Origin: Macrostomum lignano
Taxonomy: Eukaryota
Length of the DNA: 64,000 nucleotides
NCBI GenBank assembly: GCA_002269645.1
Contig: NIVC01001549.1
Coordinates: forward strand, 124,001-188,000
Reading direction: 5' to 3'
The notes under the pieces were generated by a model. That model was not told the origin of the DNA. It searched no databases and was given only the letters and a program-made list of their open reading frames with translations. This document shows, piece after piece, positions 1-12,325 of this stretch (its first letter is position 1; every line of letters starts with the position of its first letter). Both the position numbers and the translations under genes were made by a program.

Positions 1-87
1 TCTTTTATGGTTGACATGATGATTCTTTTGTCGCTTTTTCTTGTGTTGAGTTTTCTTCTGTTTAAAGTAGCATTTATTAAAAACTTA

Positions 88-195
88 CAGTGGTTTACCA
101 TCACTTTAGCAATGGTTTACCATCACTTTAGCGATGGTTCACCAGCAATTTAGCAATGGTTCACCAGCAGTTTAGCAATGGTTCACCGGCACTGT
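88..195. repeat. Short ~22-bp tandem repeat (tttagcaatggttcaccagca-like)
   Basis: About 5 imperfect copies visible directly. Confidence 0.75.
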
Positions 196-3119
196 TCCGC
201 AAAATCTGGGAGCAGATGGCTACTGATCTCCATATGCTTCTCAATAATCGAAACCATTTGAAATGTTTGCAACTTGCAGTTTAAAATTGATTTGCAATTC
301 TCTTGCATATTTATTAATTCATTGTACGTCAGATTAGCACTGCTCACCCAGATTAGACCCTTTGCAAATTAGTACTTACAGCAGATTAGCACTGCTCTAG
401 AAGACTAACGCAGCCCCAGCAAAAGTAGCTTTAAATTTAAGTGTTTACCATCTCCATGAATCTGCATAGGATGCAATCATTATTGTCACAGGTCACAAAG
501 ATAAATTCGCTGCTTCAATGCAGGCTCGAACTGCTGACATCAAAGCATTCTGTTTGCTTCTGCTTGATACTGCCTGCCTACTGCGGCGATTGTGCCTATT
601 GACATGTGGTCGAAATAATCTAGTTTAGCAACTTCAGCCGTTTGAAGTTAACCCCCGGAAATCGGCATTTATCCCCACAACAACCTGAAATTATCCCTTC
701 ATCTAATCCCGCAAAAAGACTGCAGTTATTTCTTAGCAGCCGGCATTTATCATCCACTTTGCATTTTAAAACTTTTATTAAAATTAAGAATGCATACCCT
801 CAGCGGCATAGAATTGTCCCCTTAGCCAAAAATATTTCACTTAGCAGCCGCAGAAATCCCCTAAACAACTTGTACTTAATCTTCCACAGTAAATATCCAC
901 TCAAAACTCAATAGTTAGTTATAAGCCTCAGAAGTCTGCCATTATCCTCTAATTAGTCCGCAGTTTTCCCTCTCAGCAGTCTGCAGCTATACGCTCATAC
1001 GTCTGGAGGAACTACCTCAGCAGTTTGCAGTTGTTTCCCCTTTGCAATCTGCAATGATCCCTTCGACAGTCTGCAGTTCCCCTCAGCAGTCTGCAGTCAT
1101 TTCATTTTCAGTCTACAACTGTACCATTAACGATTTTCATTCATTCTCTCAGCAGCCTGCAGTTCTCCTCTCGGCCGGCTCCTCAGTCTCCTCTGCAAAC
1201 TGCAATTTGCTCAGAATTTTACGGCTCACTAATCAATTTTCGATACATATCGGCAGTCTTGAAAAGCTCAGCATTTAGCAGCATTGTCTGCAGTTTAGTA
1301 ATTTCGTACTTTTATGGAGCTAGACAATACCCATTGATGGGATCAGTTATACTCGAAGCAGTTTTTACAAATCAAATTTGATTAGTGGCTTGTGCCGAGT
1401 AGCAAAAAATGAATTGCTAATTAATAAAAAAATGTTTCAATTGAAATTAAATAAAAGATGTTTCAATTAGTCCAGGCACAAGCTATAAATTATTGAATTA
1501 TTTGAATTTTTATTATCCGCCGGGGAGGCAGACTCGAACCTTGGACCTTACGTCTAGCCTAAACCTAGTCCTAAGTGCCTACACTGCGGCTACTCCGCCT
1601 ATTGATGGGAGGACAACAAAATCAGCCATATATGCTTCAGAACTGCAGTTAAAATACATAGCAGTGATAGGCTGCTCAGTGTGTAGGCGTGCAGGCGGAG
1701 CCAATGCACAGTTGATTGAGTGAAATCTATAAATAGCAATTTTCTATGGAGTCCGCCAGTCAGAGCCAGGGTCAGAATGTACACACGCAGCCACTGAGCA
1801 TTTTCTCTCCTTGCACACTGCAACCAGTATTGAAGCTTACACAGTGGAGAGAGAAAAGTTATGGCGCAATCATAATTGGAATTGGAATTCAGCCAGTCCA
1901 GTCAAGAATTCAACCTAGTTTGCCCTACCATTAAAAGCATTGGGAAAACTCGTTTTTCGAATATTTAATACCTTTAGCATTAAAGCCGATTAAAGAAATT
2001 TCAACTGTCTTCTTTCCAGATAATTACAAATCTTTTCGTAAAAACGCGATTAAAATTGGTCAATGGTTCTATCTCTAGAACGTTACACGAATACTAACAC
2101 AAATTCTCTTCGAGTGAAAGTCACACGAAGCAGCTATGACATAATCAAATACTCAGGCAGTCAGCATCAGTCTCAATTAAAGTTAGCAATATGGTTACGC
2201 AATTTCTGTCTTTCAACTTGGCACAGTGTTTTCAACTTGTTGTGATGCAATCTTTATCAAAATCAGAATTCAGTCAGTCGGTTTTTTCTCTAGCATTCTT
2301 ACAGCGCATTTCAAGTCGAAAGAGCTGCTTGACCTTTGCAAAAAAGCATGTTTTTCGAATATTTAATCCCTTTAGCATTGAAGCAGATTAAAGAAATTTT
2401 AACCGTCTTCTTTCCAGACAATTTTAAATCTTTTGACGAAAACGCGATCAAAATCGGTGAAGAATTGCAATCTCTAGAGCGTTATGGACATTCAAGCATA
2501 CAAACAAACAAACAAATATTAGAGATTTAGTATATTTAGAAGATGAAGAATTGCAGTCTCTAGAGCGTTATGGACATTCAAGCATACAAACAAACAAACA
2601 AATATTAGAGATTTAGTATATTTAGATTAGATAGAAGATAGAAGAAGATTAGAAGTTTGAAGAAAATCGGTTGAGCCATTTTTTCTGAAATCTATCGCAT
2701 ACCGACAGACAACTCATTTTTAGTATATAGGATGCAAGCTCGTACTTTAAATATTCGAACCTGTTTCAGGGACTGTGGTTAAAAGTAAATCAAACCACTA
2801 TGGTGCATCAAATTAGTGACTTTTGGGAGAGAGTGTGCAGCGCTATTGGGGCATACTTGATGAGACTGTCAATTCGAGTCTTTGCTTATCAAGTCACAGG
2901 AAACAGGAAACGTGCCCTGCAGATTTTTCTGCTAGACTCTGCGGCATCAACTGTTACGAATCTAATGCAGCATCGATAATCATTTGTAGTGACTGGCTGC
3001 TAACTGGCTATTCAGCAGCACTCACTAGCTTTCTCTTAAGAGTGCTGTGATCCGCTGCACAGTATCTCAGTCCACCTGAGCTAGTGAGAGAGTTACCCTG
3101 TGCTGGGCCTAAGTGTTTA

Positions 3120-3500
3120 CTGCCCGATGACTCATCGCCTGAGCGGGCGCGGGCAGCCACACTCAATGTCTTCCCACTCGCGCTGAGGAGGCGTTGCAGG
3201 ATGACTCATCACCTGCGCGGAGTGTAAGGGCTGCCTAGAGGGAGTAAACAGGATGACTCATCCGCCCATGTTCTATTTTTAGCACAGAATAAGCACGTGA
3301 CTGTGCACGCACTCTGAGCGTGGCCACTGACCTTGAGTCACGCCACTGCTGCGTGACAGGGTTGCCTTATTTGGAAGTTGGCCTTGGATCACGCGTCGTT
3401 CGCATGATTCCAATGCCCAAATAAGGAAGTTTCACGCGCTCACCGCATGAAACTCACGTGACTTTTGGGGGTCAGCTCGGCTATAAATACGGAGCATCTG
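3120..3500 (+). promoter_or_regulatory. Pol II promoter-like region: clustered AP-1 sites, E-boxes and a TATA box (possibly a degenerate solo LTR)
   Basis: ATGACTCAT cores (TGACTCA at 3128, 3202, 3254), TGAGTCA at 3334, CACGTG at 3294 and 3455, TATAAAT at 3482. Confidence 0.45.
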
Positions 3501-3953
3501 CGAGCCATTTTTCTCCAGACTGCGTCGTCTCGCGGAGCATTGTGGCTAACTCGTGAAGCCCCTGCCTCCGAGCTCTCCTCTCTCATTTCAGGTTTTACAG
3601 GTTTCAGGTCCGAGCAGCATTCAACTAAGACGATCGACTGTCGAGACATTTTCAGATTTGGCCTTTGCTCCGAGTGTCTTCGTTAATTTTATTTTCAGGT
3701 GACGGATAGACAACTCTGCCGACGCGTCGAGTCCGCACACCAAGGTGGCAGCAACCCTACCAAGTAACGGCAACGTTTTAGGTTCATTTTTCAGGCAAAT
3801 CGTTAACACCAGAAGCAAAGGGCAAACGTTACACATTAATCAACTCTATCAAAAAAATTCAAATTTACCATTTTGAATTGAGTCGAAATATCTCAAAAAT
3901 AGTTTCCCCGAATCTGGATTAGTAAAATTTACGAGCTTCAGATGAAATAAAGT

Positions 3954-5345
3954 TCAGAATGACTCTGCAACTCCAGCTCGCAGTGACCTCAGCCCACTGA
4001 GAATCCTTGATCGACAGGTGAAAAGCGCGACAAGCACGCTGGACAGCATCAGAATGACCACCAGAGCCGTCAGTGCTGAAATCGAAACACGGGGTGGTCA
4101 CTGAGCCTGGCACAAACGTGCAAATTTTAAAGCCTCAGTCAGCAAAAAGATGCGCCCACCTGGAGACTCAACCAGCTGCTCACTCTGAGCAGAGCTCTGA
4201 CCGCAGCTCGAGATGGAGAGCCGAGCCCTAAAGCCGGACCTCGCTCCGCTGTACGCGAGACTCATTCCGCTGTCCACCGCTTGCAGGCTGGCCTCAACGC
4301 GGAATTTGAACTGCGAGTTCGAGCCGCAGACCTCTCGCTGACTGCGCTCGACCGACGCTGCCAGAGAGTCCCAGTGAGACGCAGTCAGCACGAGCTGCTT
4401 GAGTCCGCACACCGTACTGAACTTGTCCAGCTTCACTTCCAGCTTCCAGCAGCTGATGTTTGACACCGTGGAGATTTCAGTAGCAGTGCTTGCAACTTTG
4501 GTGCGGTTCGCGATTCGAGCAGCAGTGAAGGCATCCAGCTGCAGTTTGCAGTCAGTCTGAGTGTTGTCGGGAGCGACTGTCACAGTGGTGAGCAGCTCTG
4601 TACCGTCTGCGCTCAGCTGCCACTGCTCACTTGAGCTGTCGATTCGCGAGCAGACTTCAACTGTGTGAATGCAATTGGGTGTGAAAAGTTTTGACATTCA
4701 TTTGTGCCTGTCATATTCTTACACTTTTATACATACTCTTAGCTGCAGTTTGAGACATCAGTGAAATGCACCTTGGTCCACGATGATTGACCCAACGATA
4801 CTCTCTTCGGATTGGAAGCCGTGGAATTCGGCATTTGCTACTTCCGAGTCGTTTCTGTTGGCTCCTTCGGCACCAGTTGATGGATTTTCTGGCGACGCCG
4901 AGGTGACATCGACCGTAAGCGTTTCGCCTTCGCTCACTCGGAGCCTGTCCTGCAGTCGCAGTCGGCCAGGAATGTCGTGGTCGCAGATGCTGAGCTTCGT
5001 CTCCCTCTCTCTTTGAGGTGCAGAAATGATGAAGCTGAGCTTCGGGTGATGGAGCAGTGAGCTGATTTCATAGCAGAATCGCTCCTGATAGTCATTGGAG
5101 GCGTGCATTTTCAGCTGAACAATCAGGTCATGGCCAGGTGGCGGAGTCATCCTTATTAAACAATAGTGCGAGAGCGACAAACCAAAAATGGGCAATATTA
5201 TTGGGCTGTACAGAACCAGCCGCGATTCCCAATGTTTCTGTGGAACATATCTATGGCAAAGGCGACTGAAATCTGAAAAAAATGAAGGAATGAGGGTCAA
5301 TGGGTAAACGATCCTTAGTGAACATTCACATTTAATATTAGGCAC
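3954..5345 (-). pseudogene. 5'-truncated paralog of the CUB-family membrane-protein gene (last three exons, including the TM exon)
   Basis: ORFs 4758-5345 and 4098-4697 match 25355-26482 and 37179-38287. After the acceptor near 4075 the terminal exon reads ALTALVVILMLSSVLVALFTCR (TM), with stop at 3954-3956. No upstream CUB exons were found. Confidence 0.7.
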
Positions 5346-5574
5346 GCCACTTTAGGTCTGTGACATTTCCTAGTCAGGAAGTAATTCAACACATTGTTCT
5401 GGACATTTTTAAAGCTGTGCGATAAAATCCATCAAGAATCAATTTGCGATATGGCATCTGATACAGTTCTCTTTTTTCTTATCAATGGCTTCCAGTCACC
5501 TGAAAGTTCATCCCCGTCATCTCCTTTGTTGCAGAAATCCGTCTTACAAACAGCCACCCAACAAACATCCTACT

Positions 5575-5702
5575 AAACAAACATCCAACTAAACAAACAT
5601 CCGCATAACAAACATCCGCATAACAAACATCCGCATAACAAACATCCGCATGACAAACATCCGCATAACAAACATCCGCATAACAAACATATGCATAACA
5701 AA
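5575..5702. repeat. 15-bp tandem repeat (aaacatccgcataac)
   Basis: About 8 copies visible. Confidence 0.9.
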
Positions 5703-5949
5703 GTGGTGAGTAGCGTTGCTACTCTGAGTTAGCGAACACGTCGGGGAGGGGCCGCCCCGGGTCTGTGTGGGCTCTCCGGTGTGCGTGCTCTGTCTGGCGG
5801 GGGGAGGGGTGGGTGCTTGAGTCCCCCCCCGGCCCTTGGGGGTTTTTTAGGCCGCGCGGGGCTGCTCTGGCCCAGCTACCCTGTCTCGCGTTTGCAAGCT
5901 CAATTTTGCAATTTCTCAATTTCGCGTTTGTCAGCCAACTTGCTAAGCA

Positions 5950-6389
5950 TGAATCACAACAGCGAAGACACTGCTGAAAAGCGCCTAGAAAACTATACCG
6001 CACGTGAGTTAAGGCGCATGCTGGAACAACATGGTCTGTCCAGTTCTGGAAAGAAGGCAATCCTCATAGATCGCCTACGATCGGCACGCCATGAGGACAC
6101 CGATGAGACGCGAACATCTACGGCCAGCAAGAGAGCAGAGAGCGGCCCGGGAGGACGGCAGGCGGCGTCGGACCTGGATGTTCAAGCGGAAATCCAAGCT
6201 GCAGAGAGGCGCATCCGGCTGCTGGAACTCCAGGCAAAAGAGCGACAACTCAGAAGAGAGGCCCAAGCGTCGGAGGATCTCGAACCCCACCGGGCGGCAC
6301 CTGAGAACCCGGAAGACCTTGGTGAGTTACTCAACGCTGTTAACAATGAGGCCACCCAGGACCAATGCTCGAAGCGAATGATTGATTGA
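5950..6389 (+). mobile_element. Truncated SAP-domain ORF, probably a retrotransposon Gag N-terminus
   Basis: LENYTARELRRMLEQHGLSSSGKKAILIDRL fits the SAP consensus and is followed by a coiled coil (EIQAAERRIRLLELQAKERQL). The ORF ends in a (ttga)n tract. The Gag assignment is inference. Confidence 0.5.
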
Positions 6390-7734
6390 TTGAATGATTG
6401 AATGATTGATTGAATGAATGATGTCGATATTGGGTTTCCTAAATCAAGTTAGGAGGAAAATATTTATACCGAAATGCATGTACTGTATACGAAATCCACA
6501 ATTACGGGTTCATTTTTTGCCTCTTTCAGCAAAGCTGCAGGACCGCGACAATAAAAATAATAGTTCCTCTTCCCAGCTATCTTTGCTTTATTAGCGTGAA
6601 ATGTGTGCAACAACAACCATGACAACAGTTAATGTAGGACTATATGTTCACAAAAGTGTAGAACAATGTCCACAAGTGTAGAATAATGTCTTTAAAAGCG
6701 TTGAACAATGTCCACCCATAAGTGTAGGACAATTCGGCCACAAAAGTGTGCAATACATGATGCGCACAGGATGTGCAGCGGTCCTGACTTTCTAATCATC
6801 AGGCATGTACAATCTCTGTGCCTAAAATGTATAGGGGGTTTGCCCTCACAGGCGTGGACTACAGATCTCCATAAACTCTACTGTTTAAATACATGTACGT
6901 GTAGTATTATCCGCCCAACTCACCAGTAACAGCAGGCTTCAGCTGGTACAAGCAAATCAAAAAAGTAGCCAGAAAATGAAGAAACGCGTCTGCATAACTC
7001 CAGATGTGTAATAATTTCAGTTACAAAAAATCGATCTGCGAAGCTAGATTTTCATTACCAAAGCTTCAGTGATAACTTTTTATAGCTAGAAGACCTACTA
7101 CACAGTCAGTATCAATTAGCTACATCTTTCGGCTTCCTTTGAAATTCTGTATAATCTGCATAATCTCTGTAAGACAAAAATAAAACCACCAAAACAGACA
7201 GCATATCCGCCCCCACCAGCAGAGCTACATGCATATAAAATCGCGGGGCATGCATGCGGCCTTGCACTAATCAACTAAAAGTTGACCCTCTATAGCATCA
7301 TATACATGTAATGCACTTGACAGGTAGGTAGGTTACAGATCGGCCCAAATGATGGCTAATGTTATATACCAGTACGTTTAGCATGACACATGTAGGTACA
7401 TGTATACTAATAAGGCTTAGTTAATATATTTGTCTAGTTGCTTTAAACTTGTGTACGTTGGAAGACCAGAGTTTCAGAATAGTAAAAAAACTTTTGAAAG
7501 TGAATTTCTTAAAAATACAAATCCCTTTGCCGTGTACTGCAGTGCCCTCTGCTCCACATTATTCATGAATAGCTCTTGCCTCAATTTTTTCCATTATTTA
7601 GCAAGTGTCGACCAATCTTACGCATCACTTCAGACATCACCCCCAATATCGTCTGACAAATACAAAGATTCATTCATTGATATCATGTTTCGGCATGTAA
7701 ACGTAGACTTCACACACAGTTGCCTGGGAGCTCC

Positions 7735-8465
7735 CAGTCCCAGAACCTCAGTTGCTGGGCCACAGCGACCCCAGATCCTCAGTTGCTGGGCCAGCCTCTC
7801 AGATCCTCAGTTGCTAGGCCAGCCTCCCAGATCCTCAGTTGCTAGGCCAGCCTCCCAGATCCCCAGTTGCTGTGCCAGCCTCCCAGATCCTCAGTTGCTG
7901 GGCCAGCCTCTCAGATCCTCAGTTGCTAGGCCAGCCTCCCAGATCCTCAGTTGCTGGGTCAGCCTCCAAGATCCTCAGTTTCTGGGCCAGCCTCCCAGAT
8001 CCCCAGTTGCTGGGCCAGCCTCCCAGATCCCCTGTTGCTGGGCCAGCCTCCCAGATCCCCAGTTGCTAGGCCAGCCTCCCAGATCCTCAGTTGCTGAGCC
8101 AGCCTCCCAGATCCTCAGTTGCTAGGCCAGCCTCCCAGATCCTCAGTTGCTAGGCCAGCCTCCCAGATCCTCAGTTGCTAGGCCAGCCTCCCAAATCCTC
8201 AGTTGCTGGGCCAGCCTCCCAGATCCCCAGTTGCTGGGCCAGCCTCCCAGATCCCCAGTTGCTGGGCCAGCCTCCCAGATCCTCAGTTGCTGAGCCAGCC
8301 TCCCAGATCCTCAGTTGCTAGGCCAGCCTCCCAGATCCCCAGTTGCTGGGCCAGCCTCCCAGATCCTCAGTTGCTGGGCCACCAGCCTCCCAAATCCTCA
8401 GTTGCTGGGCCAGCCTCTCAGATCCTCAGTTGCTAGGCCAGCCTCTCAGATCCTCAGTTGCTAAG
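7735..8465. repeat. 28-bp minisatellite (gccagcctcccagatcctcagttgctag)
   Basis: About 25 near-identical units. Confidence 0.95.
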
Positions 8466-8715
8466 CCACAGTTATCCCTCATACTGTAGCTCATAGTTGC
8501 GCACTCAAACAAAGATAAAAGCGTAAATAACAACAAAAGCAAGCACTGTTAAACGTCATGAAGTTTTCTACATTAAAAATGCTTTATTGGCATTTAGTTT
8601 AAAAGGTTTTATCTGTATTTTACTTTGTGTGCAGATGCACAAATTTTTTTATCAACTCTTGAAAGAAGGGTTCGAAAATTTTATGATCTACAAAACACAG
8701 CGTTCAGAGTTAGAA

Positions 8716-11700
8716 TTAGTCATCAATGAGTCCTACTAAATGGTGAAATACAGCGCACAGCTGACTCTTCCGTCCCAGAAGCTCAGAAAGGAATAGCACT
8801 CCATCTTTGCGAGACTCCACATCGATAGCCAAATTGTAGACAAACTTGCCAGATATATAGTCCGACACGGGCGGCAGACTGACACTGGTGGGCTGGTGGG
8901 ACTGGCACAGCAGACTGGCTGACAGCAGTGTGGCCTGCGGCGATAGTGTTAATTAGCTATTAGAATTAATATGTAGCAAAGGCCCAGGTATTGTCCCAGG
9001 TATTCCGACCCCCCCCCCCTATCATAGGTATATTCTGACTCCCAGTTCAGGTATTCTGAGTCGTTTAACAGGCTCCTCAGGTATTCAGACCCATCCATAG
9101 CCTTAATATCCAGGTATTCAGAGCCATCCATAGCCCCAATAACCAGGTATCCAGACCCATCCATAGCCCCAATACCCAGGTATTCAGGCCCATCCATACC
9201 CCAATACCCAGGTATTCAGATCCATCCATAGCCCCAATACCCAGGTATTCAGGCCCATCCAGACCCCAAATACCCAGGTATTCAGACCCATCCAGACCCC
9301 CCAATACCCAGGTATTCAGACCCATCCAGACCCCAAATACCCAGGTATTCAGACCCATCCAGACCCCCCAATACCCAGGTATTCAGACCCATCCAGACCC
9401 CAAATACCCAGGTATTCAGACCCATCCAGACCCCAAATACCCAGGTATTCAGACCCATCCAGACCCCAAATACCCAGGTATTCAGACCCATCCAGACCCC
9501 AAATACCCAGGTATTCAGACCCATCCAGACCCCAAATACCCAGGTATTCAGACCCATCCATAGCCCCAATACCAAACAGGCAGACAGTCGCAAACCTGAA
9601 AATGTGACAAGCAGTGCACCAGCTGCAGGTCAAAGCCGACCCGGTGGTTGATAACAGGCTGCTCAGAGTATTTAGCGAACACGGTGGCCCGCTGTCGCCT
9701 TAACAATTCAGCTTCTTCAGACGGCAGAAAAGACTGACACAGTTTGTACAGGCAGGTGGCTAGCAGAGACAGGAAAACTGAGCGACAGGTTGGCGATGGC
9801 ACAGTTGAGTTATTGCCAACTAATAGCCGATGCGAGGCCAGGACCGAGTAAAGAACTGAAATTATTCGATATCAAGTAATTTAATATGTTAAATGATACT
9901 AACGAAAATTTATTGAAGAAATTATTGATCAATTTATAATTCCAGAAATCATAAAGGTGAAGGCATCTTTGGCCCAAATTAAGGGCCTGAAGCATGACGC
10001 ATGACATTCATGACACATGACATTCATGGCACATGACATTCATGGCACATGACATTCATGACGCATGACATTCATGACGCATGACATTCATGACACAACA
10101 TTCATGGCACATGACATTCATGACGCATGACATTCATGACGCATGACATTCATGGCGCATGACATTCATGACGCATGACATTCATGACGCATGACATTCA
10201 TGGCGCATGACATTCATGACGCATGACATTCATGACGCATGACATTCATGACACATAATATTCATGACGCATGACATTCATGACGCATGACATTCATGAC
10301 GCATGACATTCATGACACATAACATTCATGACGCATGACATTCATGACGCATGACATTCATGACACATAACATTCATGGCACATGACATTCATGACGCAT
10401 GACATTCATGACGCATGACATTCATGACGCATGACATTCATGGCGCATGACATTCATGACGCATGACATTCATGACGCATGACATTCATGACACATAACA
10501 TTCATGACGCATGACATTCATGACGCATGACATTCATGACACATAACATTCATGGCACATGACATTCATGACGCATGACATTCATGACGCATGACATTCA
10601 TGGCGCAATGGCGCATGACATTCATGACGCATGACATTCATGACGCATGACATTCATGACACATAACATTCATGACGCATGACATTCATGACGCATGACA
10701 TTCATGACACATGACATTCATGACACATAACATTCATGACGCATGACATTCATGACGCATGACATTCATGACACATAGCATTCATGACGCATGACATTCA
10801 TGACGCATGACATTCATGACGCATGACATTCATGACACATGACATTCATGACACAACATTCATGACGCATGACATTCATGACGCATGACATCTATGACAC
10901 ATGACATTCATGACACATGACATTCATGACACATGACACTCATGACATTCATGACGCATGACATTCATGACGCATGACATTCATGACACATGACATTCAT
11001 GACACAACATTCATGACGCATGACATTCATGACGCATGACATCTATGACACATGACATTCATGACACATGACATTCATGACACACGCCATGACAAAAACC
11101 TACGATTTTGCAAACTATAGCCCTTCTAAACTACCTAGAACGACTTAAAGTCATAACCTCACCAATCTTCAGCCCTGCATGCCCGACCAGGTCGCCGAGA
11201 GGGTCTCTTGGGTAGCCGAGCCGAGCTGACAGACACGAGGCCGCATCGCTGCAGCATCCGTCAGGCAGGTCCGGAATCAGCGGGAGCACAGATTTACCCA
11301 GACCGCCGCGCACTCTGCGATGCTCAACAATCGTTGAGCAGTGCTCAAGCCGGCCAAGTCGGCTCAGTAGCAGAGAGTAGGCGGCCTGACGCAGCGGCGC
11401 CGTGTCATCGAAGGTGCACGGGTTCGATGGATCCTCGATGCCCACGGGCAGGTAGAGCTGGCCGTGCTGGGCCACGTCTAAAAATAGCGGCGACATGCGA
11501 CCTGGGAGGGTTGGTTGGATGGTTAGTTAGTTAGTTAGTTAGTTAGTCATTTAGTTAGTAAGTTAGTTAGTTAGTTAGTTGGCTAGTTAGTTAGTTAGTC
11601 ATTTAGTAAGTTAGTTAGTTAGTTAGTTGGCTAGTTAGTTAGTTAGTATTTGCACGCCCGCACCTTCGAGCAGTCCAGACTCCGTCAGCCATTGCGGAAT

Positions 11701-11924
11701 ACCCAGAGAGCTGTGGAAGCTCAGTTTGAGACCAGATTGAGACGCTGCAGCTGCTGCCGCGGCATTGGCGTGCGGTTCAACCAGAGCGAGAGCGGAATGC
11801 AGTTGGTAATGCGCCATGGACTCTCGCACAGAGGCCAGGAACCTGAGGAATATAGCAAACCTAAATTGTTTAAATAATCTGCATCCAAGGCAGGCAGAGA
11901 GACTCTAAGACAGACATACTGACT

Positions 11925-12002
<78 letters not shown>

Positions 12003-12018
12003 AAGACAGACAGACTAG

Positions 12019-12052
<34 letters not shown>

Positions 12053-12108
12053 GAGACAGACAGACAGACAGACAGACGACAGACAGACAGACAGACAGGC
12101 AGACAGTC

Positions 12109-12153
<45 letters not shown>

Positions 12154-12178
12154 CTAATACAGACAGACAGACACTAAT

Positions 12179-12213
<35 letters not shown>

Positions 12214-12268
12214 CTAATACAGACAGACAGACACTAATACAGACAGTCAGACACTAATACAGACAGTC

Positions 12269-12325
<57 letters not shown>

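Noticed and set aside
1935-2625. Local diverged direct duplications (~150 bp and ~80 bp)
   Set aside because: No coding or structural signal; ordinary local duplication.
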